From NCBI GenBank assembly GCA_963736455.1, contig CAVTON010000001.1, positions 2,070,513 to 2,134,512 of the forward strand: a DNA stretch of 64,000 bases, given 5' to 3'. Position numbers and translations under genes: made by a program. Numbering within the stretch: position 1 is the first letter of the stretch; every line of letters starts with the position of its first letter. Positions 29,811-38,166 of the stretch are shown one piece after another. The notes beneath the pieces are model-generated. The model ran no database searches. It saw nothing but the letters and a program-made list of their open reading frames with translations, and was not told the origin of the DNA. This DNA is from an uncultured Acidobacteriota bacterium (GTDB lineage: Bacteria > Acidobacteriota > Thermoanaerobaculia > UBA5066 > Gp7-AA6).

Positions 29811-30326
29811 TCACCTCCTCGCTGCAGACATCCTCGACATCAGGAGCGCGAGCGCTCCGGCCCCGATGGTCTTTACGAGAGTGGGGTGTTGGGCGTAGAA
29901 GTCGGCCGCCTTGTCCATGATGGAGGGGTCCTTCCTGGCGGCATGCTCCGCGAGAACCTGGACCTGCTGCGGGGTGACCTGCTGCGCCTGCTGCGGGGTA
30001 ACGCTGCCGCCCCCGAGCATGCCGGTCACCGCGCCGAGTCCGCCGGCCGAACCGAGCGCCGCCAGCGCGCCGGGCCCGAGAGCCGCGACGAGCTGGTTGA
30101 GCATGCCCGCCTTCTGCTCCGGGCTCGAGTTCTGGAAGAGACCCGCGAGCATCTGCTGGAACGGCGGAGTCTGATCCGACTGGAACGTGTGCGAGAGCGC
30201 GTTCGAGAGCGATCCCTGAGGGAGGGCCTGGGCGGCGCGGTCGTACATGCCGTGCAGGTCTGCTTCGGAGACGTTGCCGCTCGACATCTGCCTGGCGAGA
30301 TTTCCCAGTTCATCCATGAGTCCCAT
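29811..30326 (-). CDS. hypothetical protein (Gln/Gly-rich)
   Basis: The ATG at 30326 follows an AAGGAGG Shine-Dalgarno sequence. 171 aa with no recognisable catalytic motif. Confidence 0.4.
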   Translation of the reverse strand: MGLMDELGNLARQMSSGNVSEADLHGMYDRAAQALPQGSLSNALSHTFQSDQTPPFQQMLAGLFQNSSPEQKAGMLNQLVAALGPGALAALGSAGGLGAVTGMLGGGSVTPQQAQQVTPQQVQVLAEHAARKDPSIMDKAADFYAQHPTLVKTIGAGALALLMSRMSAARR

Positions 30327-30419
30327 GGCCGTCCTCCTTGACCGGGCAAGGCTATCAGCCCCGCTCCGGGGCGGGGGCGTCTTTCTCGACGGGGTCGAGG
30401 GTCTTAGACTGTCAGGGTC

Positions 30420-30509
30420 GGAGGGATGGCCGAGTGGTTTAAGGCGGCGGTCTTGAAAACCGCTGTGCCGGAAACGGTACCGAGAGTTCGAATCTCTCTC
30501 CCTCCGCCA
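30420..30509 (+). tRNA. tRNA-Ser (anticodon TGA)
   Basis: GGAGGGA acceptor pairing TCCCTCC. Anticodon loop CTTGAAA. Long variable arm. GAGTTCGAATCTC T-arm. Encoded CCA. Confidence 0.85.
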
Positions 30510-30547
30510 CTTCGATCGTCCAACGCCTCGCGATAGAGTCTGGACCG

Positions 30548-32221
30548 TTGCCCCCCTCTCGAGGACTCCGGCTGCTACAGCTCTCGGCGTTTGCGTCCGT
30601 CTGCCTCGCCGTGCATCTTGGAGCCCGTTCCCAGGACGCGGCCGTCGCGCCAGCACCGGCCGCATTGCGGGACATCGTCGCGAGCGGCCGGCTCGCGGAT
30701 CTGCGCTGGCCGGATTTTTCCGACTACAAGGCCCTCGTGGACGGCTTCTATGCGCCGGCCGGTTACGCACCGGCCTGGGTCCGGGAAGGCCGGCCGTCCG
30801 CGTCGGCGCTCGCCCTGGTTCAGGCCTTCCGGGACGTCGGGAAGAAGGGACTCGAGCCCGAGGACTACGACGCGTCCCGATGGGAGGCTCGCCTCCAGGC
30901 CTTGAAGGGTCCGAACGCCGAACCCGCGCGCTTCGACGTGGCGCTCACGGTCTGCGCGATGCGTCTCGTGTCCGATCTGCACATCGGCCGGATCAACCCG
31001 CAGCACTTCCAGTTCGGGCTGAGCGTCCAGGAGAAGAAATACGACCTGCCGCGCTTTCTGCGCGAGCGCCTGGTCCCGGCCGCGGACGTCCCCGCCGTGC
31101 TCGACGGCGTCGAGCCTCCGTTCGGCGGCTATCGACGGAGCGAGGCGGCGCTGGCCCGCTACACGGAGATGTCGCGCGGCGCCGCCGTCGAGGGACTACC
31201 GGTCCCGGCGAAGGCCATCCGGCCGGGTGAGGCGTACGCCGGCGCGGCGGCGCTCCAACGCCGCCTCGTCCTGCTGGGCGACCTCGCGGCCGATGCGGCG
31301 CCGGCGGCGAGTCCCGACGTCTACGGGGGCGCGCTCGTCGAAGGGGTCAAGCACTTCCAGCGCCGCCACGGCCTCGACGACGACGGCCGGCTCGGACCCG
31401 GCACCGTCAAGCAGCTGAACGTCCCGCTCGCGGATCGCGTCCGGCAGCTGCAGCTCGCGCTCGAGCGCTGGCGCTGGCTCCCGGCGGAATTTTCGGCGCC
31501 CCCGATCGTCGTGAACATCCCCGACTTCCGGCTGCGCGCGACCGACGCGAAGGGCGGCGTCGTGATGGACATGCGCGTCGTCGTCGGCAAGGCGGCGCCG
31601 ACGCAGACCCCGGTCTTTTCGAAGGACATGACCTACGTCGTGTTCCGCCCGTACTGGAACGTACCGCCGAGCATCCGCGCAGGCGAGATCGTGCCCGCCA
31701 TCCGCCGCGACCGCAACTACATCGCCCAGAAGAACTACGAGGTCACGACCAACGACGGCAAGGTCGTGACCGACGGCCCGATCTCGGACGACGTCCTCGC
31801 GCAGCTGAAAGCCGGCCGGCTCGCCGTGAGACAGAAGCCCGGCCCGGCCAACGCTCTCGGGCTCGTCAAGCTGATCTTCCCGAACGAGTACAACGTGTAC
31901 CTGCACAGCACGCCGTCGCAAGCCCTGTTTGCGAAGAGCCGGAGGGACTTCAGCCACGGCTGCATTCGCGTCGAGAAGCCGGCCGAGCTCGTCGCCTGGG
32001 TGCTGCGCGACAAGCCCGACTGGTCGCTCGAGCGCGTCCAGGCGGCGATGCAGACCGGACCGGACAACGTGACCGTCAAGCTCGACCGCCCGGTGCCGGT
32101 CTTCATCGTCTATGCGACGGCCCTCGCCTACCCGAACGGCGAGGTGCACTTCTACGACGACATCTACGGCCACGACGCCGAGCTCGTGCAGGCGCTGGCG
32201 AAGGGTTACCCGTACCCGTAA
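30548..32221 (+). CDS. L,D-transpeptidase (YcbB/LdtD-like) with peptidoglycan-binding domain
   Basis: Signal peptide, PG-binding-like region, and a YkuD catalytic motif LHSTPSQALFAKSRRDFSHGCIRVEKP. Confidence 0.75.
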   Translation: MPPSRGLRLLQLSAFASVCLAVHLGARSQDAAVAPAPAALRDIVASGRLADLRWPDFSDYKALVDGFYAPAGYAPAWVREGRPSASALALVQAFRDVGKKGLEPEDYDASRWEARLQALKGPNAEPARFDVALTVCAMRLVSDLHIGRINPQHFQFGLSVQEKKYDLPRFLRERLVPAADVPAVLDGVEPPFGGYRRSEAALARYTEMSRGAAVEGLPVPAKAIRPGEAYAGAAALQRRLVLLGDLAADAAPAASPDVYGGALVEGVKHFQRRHGLDDDGRLGPGTVKQLNVPLADRVRQLQLALERWRWLPAEFSAPPIVVNIPDFRLRATDAKGGVVMDMRVVVGKAAPTQTPVFSKDMTYVVFRPYWNVPPSIRAGEIVPAIRRDRNYIAQKNYEVTTNDGKVVTDGPISDDVLAQLKAGRLAVRQKPGPANALGLVKLIFPNEYNVYLHSTPSQALFAKSRRDFSHGCIRVEKPAELVAWVLRDKPDWSLERVQAAMQTGPDNVTVKLDRPVPVFIVYATALAYPNGEVHFYDDIYGHDAELVQALAKGYPYP

Positions 32222-32245
32222 CGAAGCGGGCTCTCCCGAGGGGGA

Positions 32246-32785
32246 CTACCAGCGCCGGACGCGCCCGACGTCCACGTGCACGAAGTCGGAAGCAGCGTAG
32301 TACCCGACTCCGCCGCGGCCCAGACGCAGCGCAGCATCGCGAAGCTCCGCGGTGGGCACGCCCGGCACACGGATGTCGATCGCCATCGCCTCCATGTGCA
32401 TGCTGTGCCGCGCGACGCCGTGACCGCTCCGCCGCAGGGACTCGTTCGTGGCCGGCGTGCGATAGCCGCAGATCACGTCGATCTCGGCGTCGGGCCGCCC
32501 GAGGGAAGCCAGCAGGTCGCGCAGCAGATCCAGAAGGCGCGGGTCGTACGCGTGAACGTCGTCCTTGCGCCAGTCGCGCAGGACTCGATTGACCCGGGTG
32601 AGCGCGGCGGGATCGTAGCCTTCCGCGTTCCGGTACACGACGTCGAGACGCTCCCCGGTGTGGAGGTGGTGGAATCGCAGGCGATACGGCTCTCCGGCTG
32701 CGGGCCTTGCGTCCGAGACCGCGGGAGTCGGCGCGATGAGCACGCCGATGAGGCCAACGAGCGCCAGGTAACGCCGAGATGCGTT
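32246..32785 (-). CDS. peptidase M15A/DUF882 (YcbK/MepK-like)
   Basis: GYRTPATNESLRRSGHGVARHSMHMEAMAIDIRV zinc-peptidase motif. Probable TTG start. The pairing with the Ldt gene mirrors E. coli ycbB-ycbK. Confidence 0.55.
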   Translation of the reverse strand, partial: NASRRYLALVGLIGVLIAPTPAVSDARPAAGEPYRLRFHHLHTGERLDVVYRNAEGYDPAALTRVNRVLRDWRKDDVHAYDPRLLDLLRDLLASLGRPDAEIDVICGYRTPATNESLRRSGHGVARHSMHMEAMAIDIRVPGVPTAELRDAALRLGRGGVGYYAASDFVHVDVGRVRRW

Positions 32786-33023
32786 CGAATGCAGTAATCG
32801 CAAGGAATCACCCCTGACTGGAGAATCGACGCCCGAGTTCCGAGCGCGCGTTAGTCGAGCCGGCGAGGGTACCACGAGCCTCCGCTCCGGGCGAGTCGTC
32901 AGGTCCACCCGCGATACCCGAGGAGGCGGGGGAAATGGACCCGCCAAAAAGGACGGCTTGAAAACTCAACTCGCCGGCGGCTCGAATCCCTGGCGAGCGG
33001 TAGGATCTCAAAGGGGGTACCCG

Positions 33024-33278
33024 ATGAAGCTCAACGTCAAAGCATTCGCGTTCACATGTGCGCTCGTCTGGGGGTTCGGGGTGTTCGCTCTGGCCTGGTG
33101 GGTGATCGTGCTGGATGGCAGGGGGGGCAGCGTTCCGCTGCTCGGGCTCATGTATCGTGGATTCACGTTCACCCCGATGGGCAGCGTCGTCGGCCTGCTC
33201 TGGGCGCTTCCGGACGGATTCGCCCTCGGCGCCCTGGTGGCGTGGATCTACAACCGGCTCTCCGGAGCCACCGCATAG
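33024..33278 (+). CDS. hypothetical small membrane protein
   Basis: An 84-aa protein with three hydrophobic segments. Confidence 0.3.
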   Translation: MKLNVKAFAFTCALVWGFGVFALAWWVIVLDGRGGSVPLLGLMYRGFTFTPMGSVVGLLWALPDGFALGALVAWIYNRLSGATA

Positions 33279-33297
33279 CCCATCCTCCGCTCGCATC

Positions 33298-33681
33298 TTG
33301 ATCGAGCTGCTGCCGCCCGTCTGGCTGATTCGAGTCGCCGTGGCGGCCGTGTGGCTGTACGAGGGGCTCTGGTGCAAGCTGCTCGGCCGGGAGCCGCATC
33401 AGCTCCGGGTCGTCGAGGCGGTGCCCCGCTTCGATCCGCACGCGGGGAGGCTGTTCCTCAAGCTGCTCGGGACCGTCGAGGTGGGGCTGGCACTCTGGGC
33501 TCTCAGCGGTGGCGCGCCGATCGCGGCCGCGACCGTCCAGACTCTCCTGCTCGTGGCGCTCAACGCCGGGGGCCTGCTCTGGGCCCGGCAGGTCATTCAT
33601 GATCCGGGCGGGATGGTCGTAAAGAACTTCGCCTTCCTCGTCCTGGTCTGGGTCTCGGCAGGTCTTCCGCATTGGAAGTGA
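33298..33681 (+). CDS. DoxX-like membrane protein
   Basis: TTG start. Four TMs with WLYEGLWCKLLG and LLGTVEVGLALW DoxX-like helices. Confidence 0.4.
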   Translation: MIELLPPVWLIRVAVAAVWLYEGLWCKLLGREPHQLRVVEAVPRFDPHAGRLFLKLLGTVEVGLALWALSGGAPIAAATVQTLLLVALNAGGLLWARQVIHDPGGMVVKNFAFLVLVWVSAGLPHWK

Positions 33682-34577
33682 CGACGGCTGCGGCGGAGAC
33701 GGCGTGGGCGGCGGGCCGCCTGGACGCGCGGGCCGGCCCGAGCAAGCTCCTGTTCGGCCGCATGCACGAGGACGTCGCGATCGAGCACGCCGCCTTTCGC
33801 CCCGGAGGACGCGTCTTCTGCATCGCGTCGGGGGGCTGTACGGCGATGGAGTTGTCGCGTCGACACGAGGTCGTTGCGTCCGACATCAACCCCGTCCAGA
33901 TCGCCTACGCGAAACGGCGGTTCCTCGGGGATGCCGGCTCTCGTGGCGACGCGGAGCGGATGATGGCCTTCGGCCGAGGATTTGCGCCCCTGCTGGGTTG
34001 GTCGCCAGTGCGGATCCGCGAGTTTCTCGACCTCGCGGATCCGGAGGAGCAGCTGGCCTACTGGCGCCTGCACCTGGATACCCGGCGATTCCGTGCGGCG
34101 CTGCGCGCGGCTCTTTCGCCGGCCGTCCTGGGCATTTTCTACGCGAAGGGCCTTCTCTGTTCCCTTCCGCCGAGCTTCGGACGGGTCCTGCGCTTGCGCA
34201 TGGCGCGATGCTTCGCCCGCCACTCCAACCGCGACAATCCCTACGCGCGCTCGTTGCTGCTGGGCGAGCTGTCGACTCGCCCGGCACCGGCCGAAGCAAA
34301 GCAGATTCGCCTCGTCCAGGCCGACGCCGCGACCTGCCTCGAACGTGAAAAGCCTGAGAGCTTCGCCGGGTTCACGCTTTCGAACATCCTGGACGGATCG
34401 AGCGAGGCGTACCGGCAGCGGCTGGCGGCAGCCGTTCGACGGGCGGCGGCACCGGGTGCGATCGTGGTCCTCCGCAGCTTCGCCGAACCCCGGGTTGCAT
34501 CGCCGACGAACCGTGCCGCCGAGGACCGGGCGATGCTCTGGGGAATCGTCGACGTCAAACCTGCTGGAGCGCTGTGA
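33672..34577 (+). CDS. DUF3419/BtaA-like SAM-binding protein
   Basis: LLFGRMHEDVAIEHAAF followed by FCIASGGCTAMEL (motif-I-like) and ASDINPVQIAYAKRR. The start is uncertain. Confidence 0.35.
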   Translation: MEVTTAAAETAWAAGRLDARAGPSKLLFGRMHEDVAIEHAAFRPGGRVFCIASGGCTAMELSRRHEVVASDINPVQIAYAKRRFLGDAGSRGDAERMMAFGRGFAPLLGWSPVRIREFLDLADPEEQLAYWRLHLDTRRFRAALRAALSPAVLGIFYAKGLLCSLPPSFGRVLRLRMARCFARHSNRDNPYARSLLLGELSTRPAPAEAKQIRLVQADAATCLEREKPESFAGFTLSNILDGSSEAYRQRLAAAVRRAAAPGAIVVLRSFAEPRVASPTNRAAEDRAMLWGIVDVKPAGAL

Positions 34578-35179
34578 AGCGCGCGCGGCTTGGACCGGGC
34601 GAGCGCGCGGGGATCCCCACGTCGATCGTCACCGGAATGACGATTCGCGCTTCGCCCGGACAGGTATGGGACAGGCTGACGTTCTACGAGCAGATCCCCT
34701 TTCCGCCACCGATCCACCTGCGCCTGCTGTTGCCGGCGCCGGTGCGTTCCGAGGGCCGCTGGGCGGCCGTCGGCGACGAGACCCGGTGCGTCTACGACCG
34801 CGGACACCTGCTCAAGCGAGTGACTCGCGTCGACCCGAGGCGGCACTATGGCTTCGACGTCGTCGAACAAGAGCTCGCCATCGGCAGAGGTATCCGGCTC
34901 ACGGGCGGGAGCTATACCCTTCTCGAGCTTTCGGACGGCTCGACACGAATCGGGCTCGAAACCCAGTACGTCAGCTCCGTGCGTCCTCGCATGCTGTGGA
35001 AGAGAGTGGAAGCGGCCGTCTGCCACGCGTTTCATCGGCACATCCTGGGCGCCATGCGCCGCGAACTGGAGTCGCAGAAATCCGAGATACGCCTGGTTCG
35101 TGAGGCGGCTCCGGCCGACCTGCCCGGCAGGAACGAGAAAGCGCCGACGAGAGCGCCGGGACGATCGTCACCTTCGTAA
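34574..35179 (+). CDS. SRPBCC (polyketide cyclase/START-like) family protein
   Basis: GTGA overlap with the upstream stop. ASPGQVWDRLTFYEQIPFP N-terminus, typical of SRPBCC ligand-binding proteins. Confidence 0.45.
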   Translation: MKRARLGPGERAGIPTSIVTGMTIRASPGQVWDRLTFYEQIPFPPPIHLRLLLPAPVRSEGRWAAVGDETRCVYDRGHLLKRVTRVDPRRHYGFDVVEQELAIGRGIRLTGGSYTLLELSDGSTRIGLETQYVSSVRPRMLWKRVEAAVCHAFHRHILGAMRRELESQKSEIRLVREAAPADLPGRNEKAPTRAPGRSSPS

Positions 35180-35368
35180 AGCTGAGCTGGACGGCGATCC
35201 CCGCGAGGCGCAAGCCCGGTATGGGCAGGCGCCGCGCTTCGACTACGATCTGCAGATAGGCCGGGACGGAATGGAATCGCCTCGGCGGCAACTCCCCGGC
35301 GGTTCGATTTCTTTACGCACGTGTTTGCCAGCCGCAACCCTTCGTCCGCTTCGCGTGTTCGAGGCACC

Positions 35369-35911
35369 ATGAGGACCGCCGCTTACGCCATCTTCGAGAC
35401 CGCCATCGGCGCCTGCGGCGTTGCCTGGGGCGATCGGGGAATCCGCCGGGTCTGGCTGCCCGAACCGGACGCCGACGCGTTGCGCCGGAGGATCCTGCGG
35501 ACCCTCCCGGGCGCGAGCGAGTCGGCTCCCCCGCCGGAGGTCGCTTCCGCCATCGACGGGATCCGGCGCCTCCTCTCGGGAATCCCGGCGGACCTCTCCG
35601 GCGTCGCACTCGACCTGACGGGCGTCCCCGTCTTCCACCGGAGCGTCTACGCCATCGCGCGGGAAATCGCCCCCGGCCGGACCCTCTCCTACGGCGAGAT
35701 CGCCAAACGCCTCGGCGATCTCGCGCAGGCTCGTGCCGTTGGCCAGGCCCTCGGCGCGAACCCGTTTCCGCTGGTCGTGCCCTGCCACCGCGTCCTCGCG
35801 GCGAACGGGAAGACCGGCGGCTTCTCCGCCCCGGGCGGCGTGTCGACGAAACTGCGGCTTCTCGAGATCGAGGGCGCGCGGGCCCCGGCGATTCCGACGC
35901 TCTTCGACTGA
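35369..35911 (+). CDS. ogt: methylated-DNA-protein-cysteine methyltransferase
   Basis: LSYGEIAKRLG...AVGQALGANPFPLVVPCHRVL with the PCHRV active site. Confidence 0.8.
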   Translation: MRTAAYAIFETAIGACGVAWGDRGIRRVWLPEPDADALRRRILRTLPGASESAPPPEVASAIDGIRRLLSGIPADLSGVALDLTGVPVFHRSVYAIAREIAPGRTLSYGEIAKRLGDLAQARAVGQALGANPFPLVVPCHRVLAANGKTGGFSAPGGVSTKLRLLEIEGARAPAIPTLFD

Positions 35912-35950
35912 AGCGCCGGGCGGGCCCGGCTCGTCCCGCGAAAGCTCAGC

Positions 35951-36784
35951 TCAGGACTTCAGCTTGTCCTTCAGAAAGGAAACCGTCCGCGGCCAGGCCT
36001 GCTCGGTCGCCTTCATGTTCGCGCCGTCGCGGCCCGTCTGATCGCGGAGGAAGCCGTGCCCGGCCCCCGGATAGGTGTGCGCCTCGAAGCTCTTACCGAG
36101 CTTCTTCATCTGGGCCTCGGCCGCCGGAACCGTCGCGTCCACGCGCTCGTCGTCGCCGCCGTAGTGGCCGAGCACGGGCGCCTGGATCGCGTCGATGACC
36201 GCGGGATCCGGCGACACGCCGTAGAAGACGACGGCCGCGGCGAGCGACGGCTGCGCGCCGGCATAGGCGAAGCTCTGGCCTCCGCCCCAGCAGAAGCCGA
36301 CCGTCGCGATCCTGCCGTTGCCGGCCGGGATCTTGAGGGCCCAATCGCGCACCGCGTTCAGGCGGCGGACGGCCTCGGCCGGAGTGATCTTCCGGACGAG
36401 CGCGACGACGTCGTCGCGGCTTCCGACGGAATCCGTCCCGCCGCCGTTGGGGCCGAAGCCCGAGACCATGTCCGGTGCGACCGCGATGAAGCCCTCTTTG
36501 GCGAGCTGGTCGGCGACCCCGCGCAGCCAGTCGGTCAGGCCGAAGACCTCCTGGATCACGATGACGACGCCGGCCTTGTCCTTTCGCTCAGGATACGAGA
36601 TCCAGGTCTTCAGCGCCGGACCGCCGGCCATCGGGACGTCGACGTACTCGCCATGGCGCGGCGAGGAGTTGAGGGCCTCCCTGGCCTGCTCGGCCGCGGG
36701 CGGCAGCGACGGGTTGCGGGGCGCCGCGGACGGCGTGGCGGCTCGGGTCAGCAGGAACGTCGACAGCAATGCGGCGTGAATCAT
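35951..36784 (-). CDS. dienelactone hydrolase family protein (secreted)
   Basis: Signal peptide. IVIQEVFGL...GFCWGG nucleophile elbow...HYGGDDERV...GAGHGF. Confidence 0.7.
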   Translation of the reverse strand: MIHAALLSTFLLTRAATPSAAPRNPSLPPAAEQAREALNSSPRHGEYVDVPMAGGPALKTWISYPERKDKAGVVIVIQEVFGLTDWLRGVADQLAKEGFIAVAPDMVSGFGPNGGGTDSVGSRDDVVALVRKITPAEAVRRLNAVRDWALKIPAGNGRIATVGFCWGGGQSFAYAGAQPSLAAAVVFYGVSPDPAVIDAIQAPVLGHYGGDDERVDATVPAAEAQMKKLGKSFEAHTYPGAGHGFLRDQTGRDGANMKATEQAWPRTVSFLKDKLKS

Positions 36785-36809
36785 GGAACCCCCCGTCGGA
36801 GACGCGATT

Positions 36810-38039
36810 CTATCCTCCGCGCGGCGCCGCCTCTTCCATGAAGAGACGCCCCTTCTGCTCCGAACCGGCGGCGAGAAGCGCCGCGAGAATCAGGATCGTG
36901 GCCGTCTCGAAGGACGCGAGGGCCCACCCGTATCCGATCCGGTCGCGCAGCGCGTACTCGATCGAGTTGACGGGCGACGCGAAGAGAATCCCGAGCTGGT
37001 AGGCGAGTCCGGGCACGAGGCCGCGGGTCTGGTCCGGCGCGAGCTCGTTCAAGTGCGCCGGGATGATCCCCCAGGCGCCCTGGACTCCGATCTGCATGAC
37101 GAACGCCGCCGCGGCGAGCACGAAGAGCGTCCGTCCGAACGCCCAGAAGGGCATCACCGCGAGCGAGAGGGCGAGCGCCGCGAGCATCGCGTAGCGGCGG
37201 CCGATCCGTTCCGAGAAGTGGCCGAACACGATCGCGCCGAGGACCGCGCCGACGTTGTACAGCATCGCCACCTCGGCGACCGTCTTCGGCGCGATCGCGT
37301 GCTCGAGCTTGAGAAAGTCGGGGTAGAGGTCCTGCGTTCCGTGCGAGAGGAACATCATCATCGTCATCAGGGCGACGAGGTACACGAGGCGCGGGGCGAA
37401 GCCTCGGACGCTGCGAAGAATCGCCGAGAACGTCGGCGCGCGGTGCTGCTTCCACGCCTCCGACTCGGGCACGTGCCAGCGGATGTAGAACGCGAGCAGC
37501 GCGGGCAACCCGCCGATCCAGAACATCGCCCGCCATCCCCACGAGGGCAGCACGAATCGCGCGGCCACGGCCGCGAGCAGGTACCCGATCGAATACCCGC
37601 TCTGCAGGATTCCGGACAGGATCCCGCGCCACTTCGGCGGCGCGCTCTCCATCGCGAGCGACGCGCCGACGCCCCACTCTCCGCCCATCCCGATCCCGAA
37701 GAGCGCCCGGAGAACCAGAAAGGACGCGTAGCTCGGCGCGAACCCGCAGAGGATCTCGATCGTCGAGAAGAAGAGGACATTCGCCATCAGCGGAATCCGG
37801 CGGCCGTAGCGGTCGGCCAGGAGACCGAAGAGGATCGCGCCGACGGGCCGCATCGCGAGGGTCGCGGTCAGCGTCCAGACGATCTCCCTCTTCGAAACCC
37901 CGAAGTGCTGAGCCAGAGTGTCGACGAGAAACACCACGACGAAGAAGTCGAGGGCGTCCATCGTCCAGCCGAGAAAGCCGGCCGTCACCGCATGGACGCG
38001 GTGGCGCCTCGTCGGGCCCGTCCCCAATTCGATTGTCAT
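36810..38039 (-). CDS. MFS transporter
   Basis: Twelve predicted TMs. The GLLADRYGRRIPL MFS loop motif appears twice (also FSERIGRRYAM). The ATG lies inside the arm of the flanking palindromic element. Confidence 0.8.
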   Translation of the reverse strand: MTIELGTGPTRRHRVHAVTAGFLGWTMDALDFFVVVFLVDTLAQHFGVSKREIVWTLTATLAMRPVGAILFGLLADRYGRRIPLMANVLFFSTIEILCGFAPSYASFLVLRALFGIGMGGEWGVGASLAMESAPPKWRGILSGILQSGYSIGYLLAAVAARFVLPSWGWRAMFWIGGLPALLAFYIRWHVPESEAWKQHRAPTFSAILRSVRGFAPRLVYLVALMTMMMFLSHGTQDLYPDFLKLEHAIAPKTVAEVAMLYNVGAVLGAIVFGHFSERIGRRYAMLAALALSLAVMPFWAFGRTLFVLAAAAFVMQIGVQGAWGIIPAHLNELAPDQTRGLVPGLAYQLGILFASPVNSIEYALRDRIGYGWALASFETATILILAALLAAGSEQKGRLFMEEAAPRGG

Positions 38040-38120
38040 CCCGAGGAGCGTAGCGACGAGCGATCCCTTTGAAGCGGAGGCATCTCAAAGAAAGGGATCC
38101 CTCGCTGCGCTCGGGATGAC
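38035..38120. repeat. single palindromic element of the GTCATCCCGAGGAGC...GGGATCCC family
   Basis: GTCATCCCGAGGAGCGTAGCGACGAGCGATCCCTTTG, a loop, then CAAAGAAAGGGATCCCTCGCTGCGCTCGGGATGAC. The arms are inverted copies of each other. Confidence 0.85.
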
Positions 38121-38166
38121 ATCGCCTTCGTTCGGTATGGGGTCGTATCGGCTCGGCGATCCCGCA

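Noticed and set aside
24131-30509. Genomic island bounded by the two tRNA-Ser genes
   Set aside because: There is no integrase, no direct repeats of the tRNA 3' end (only inverted fragments) and no compositional shift. The intervening genes are ordinary chromosomal ones.
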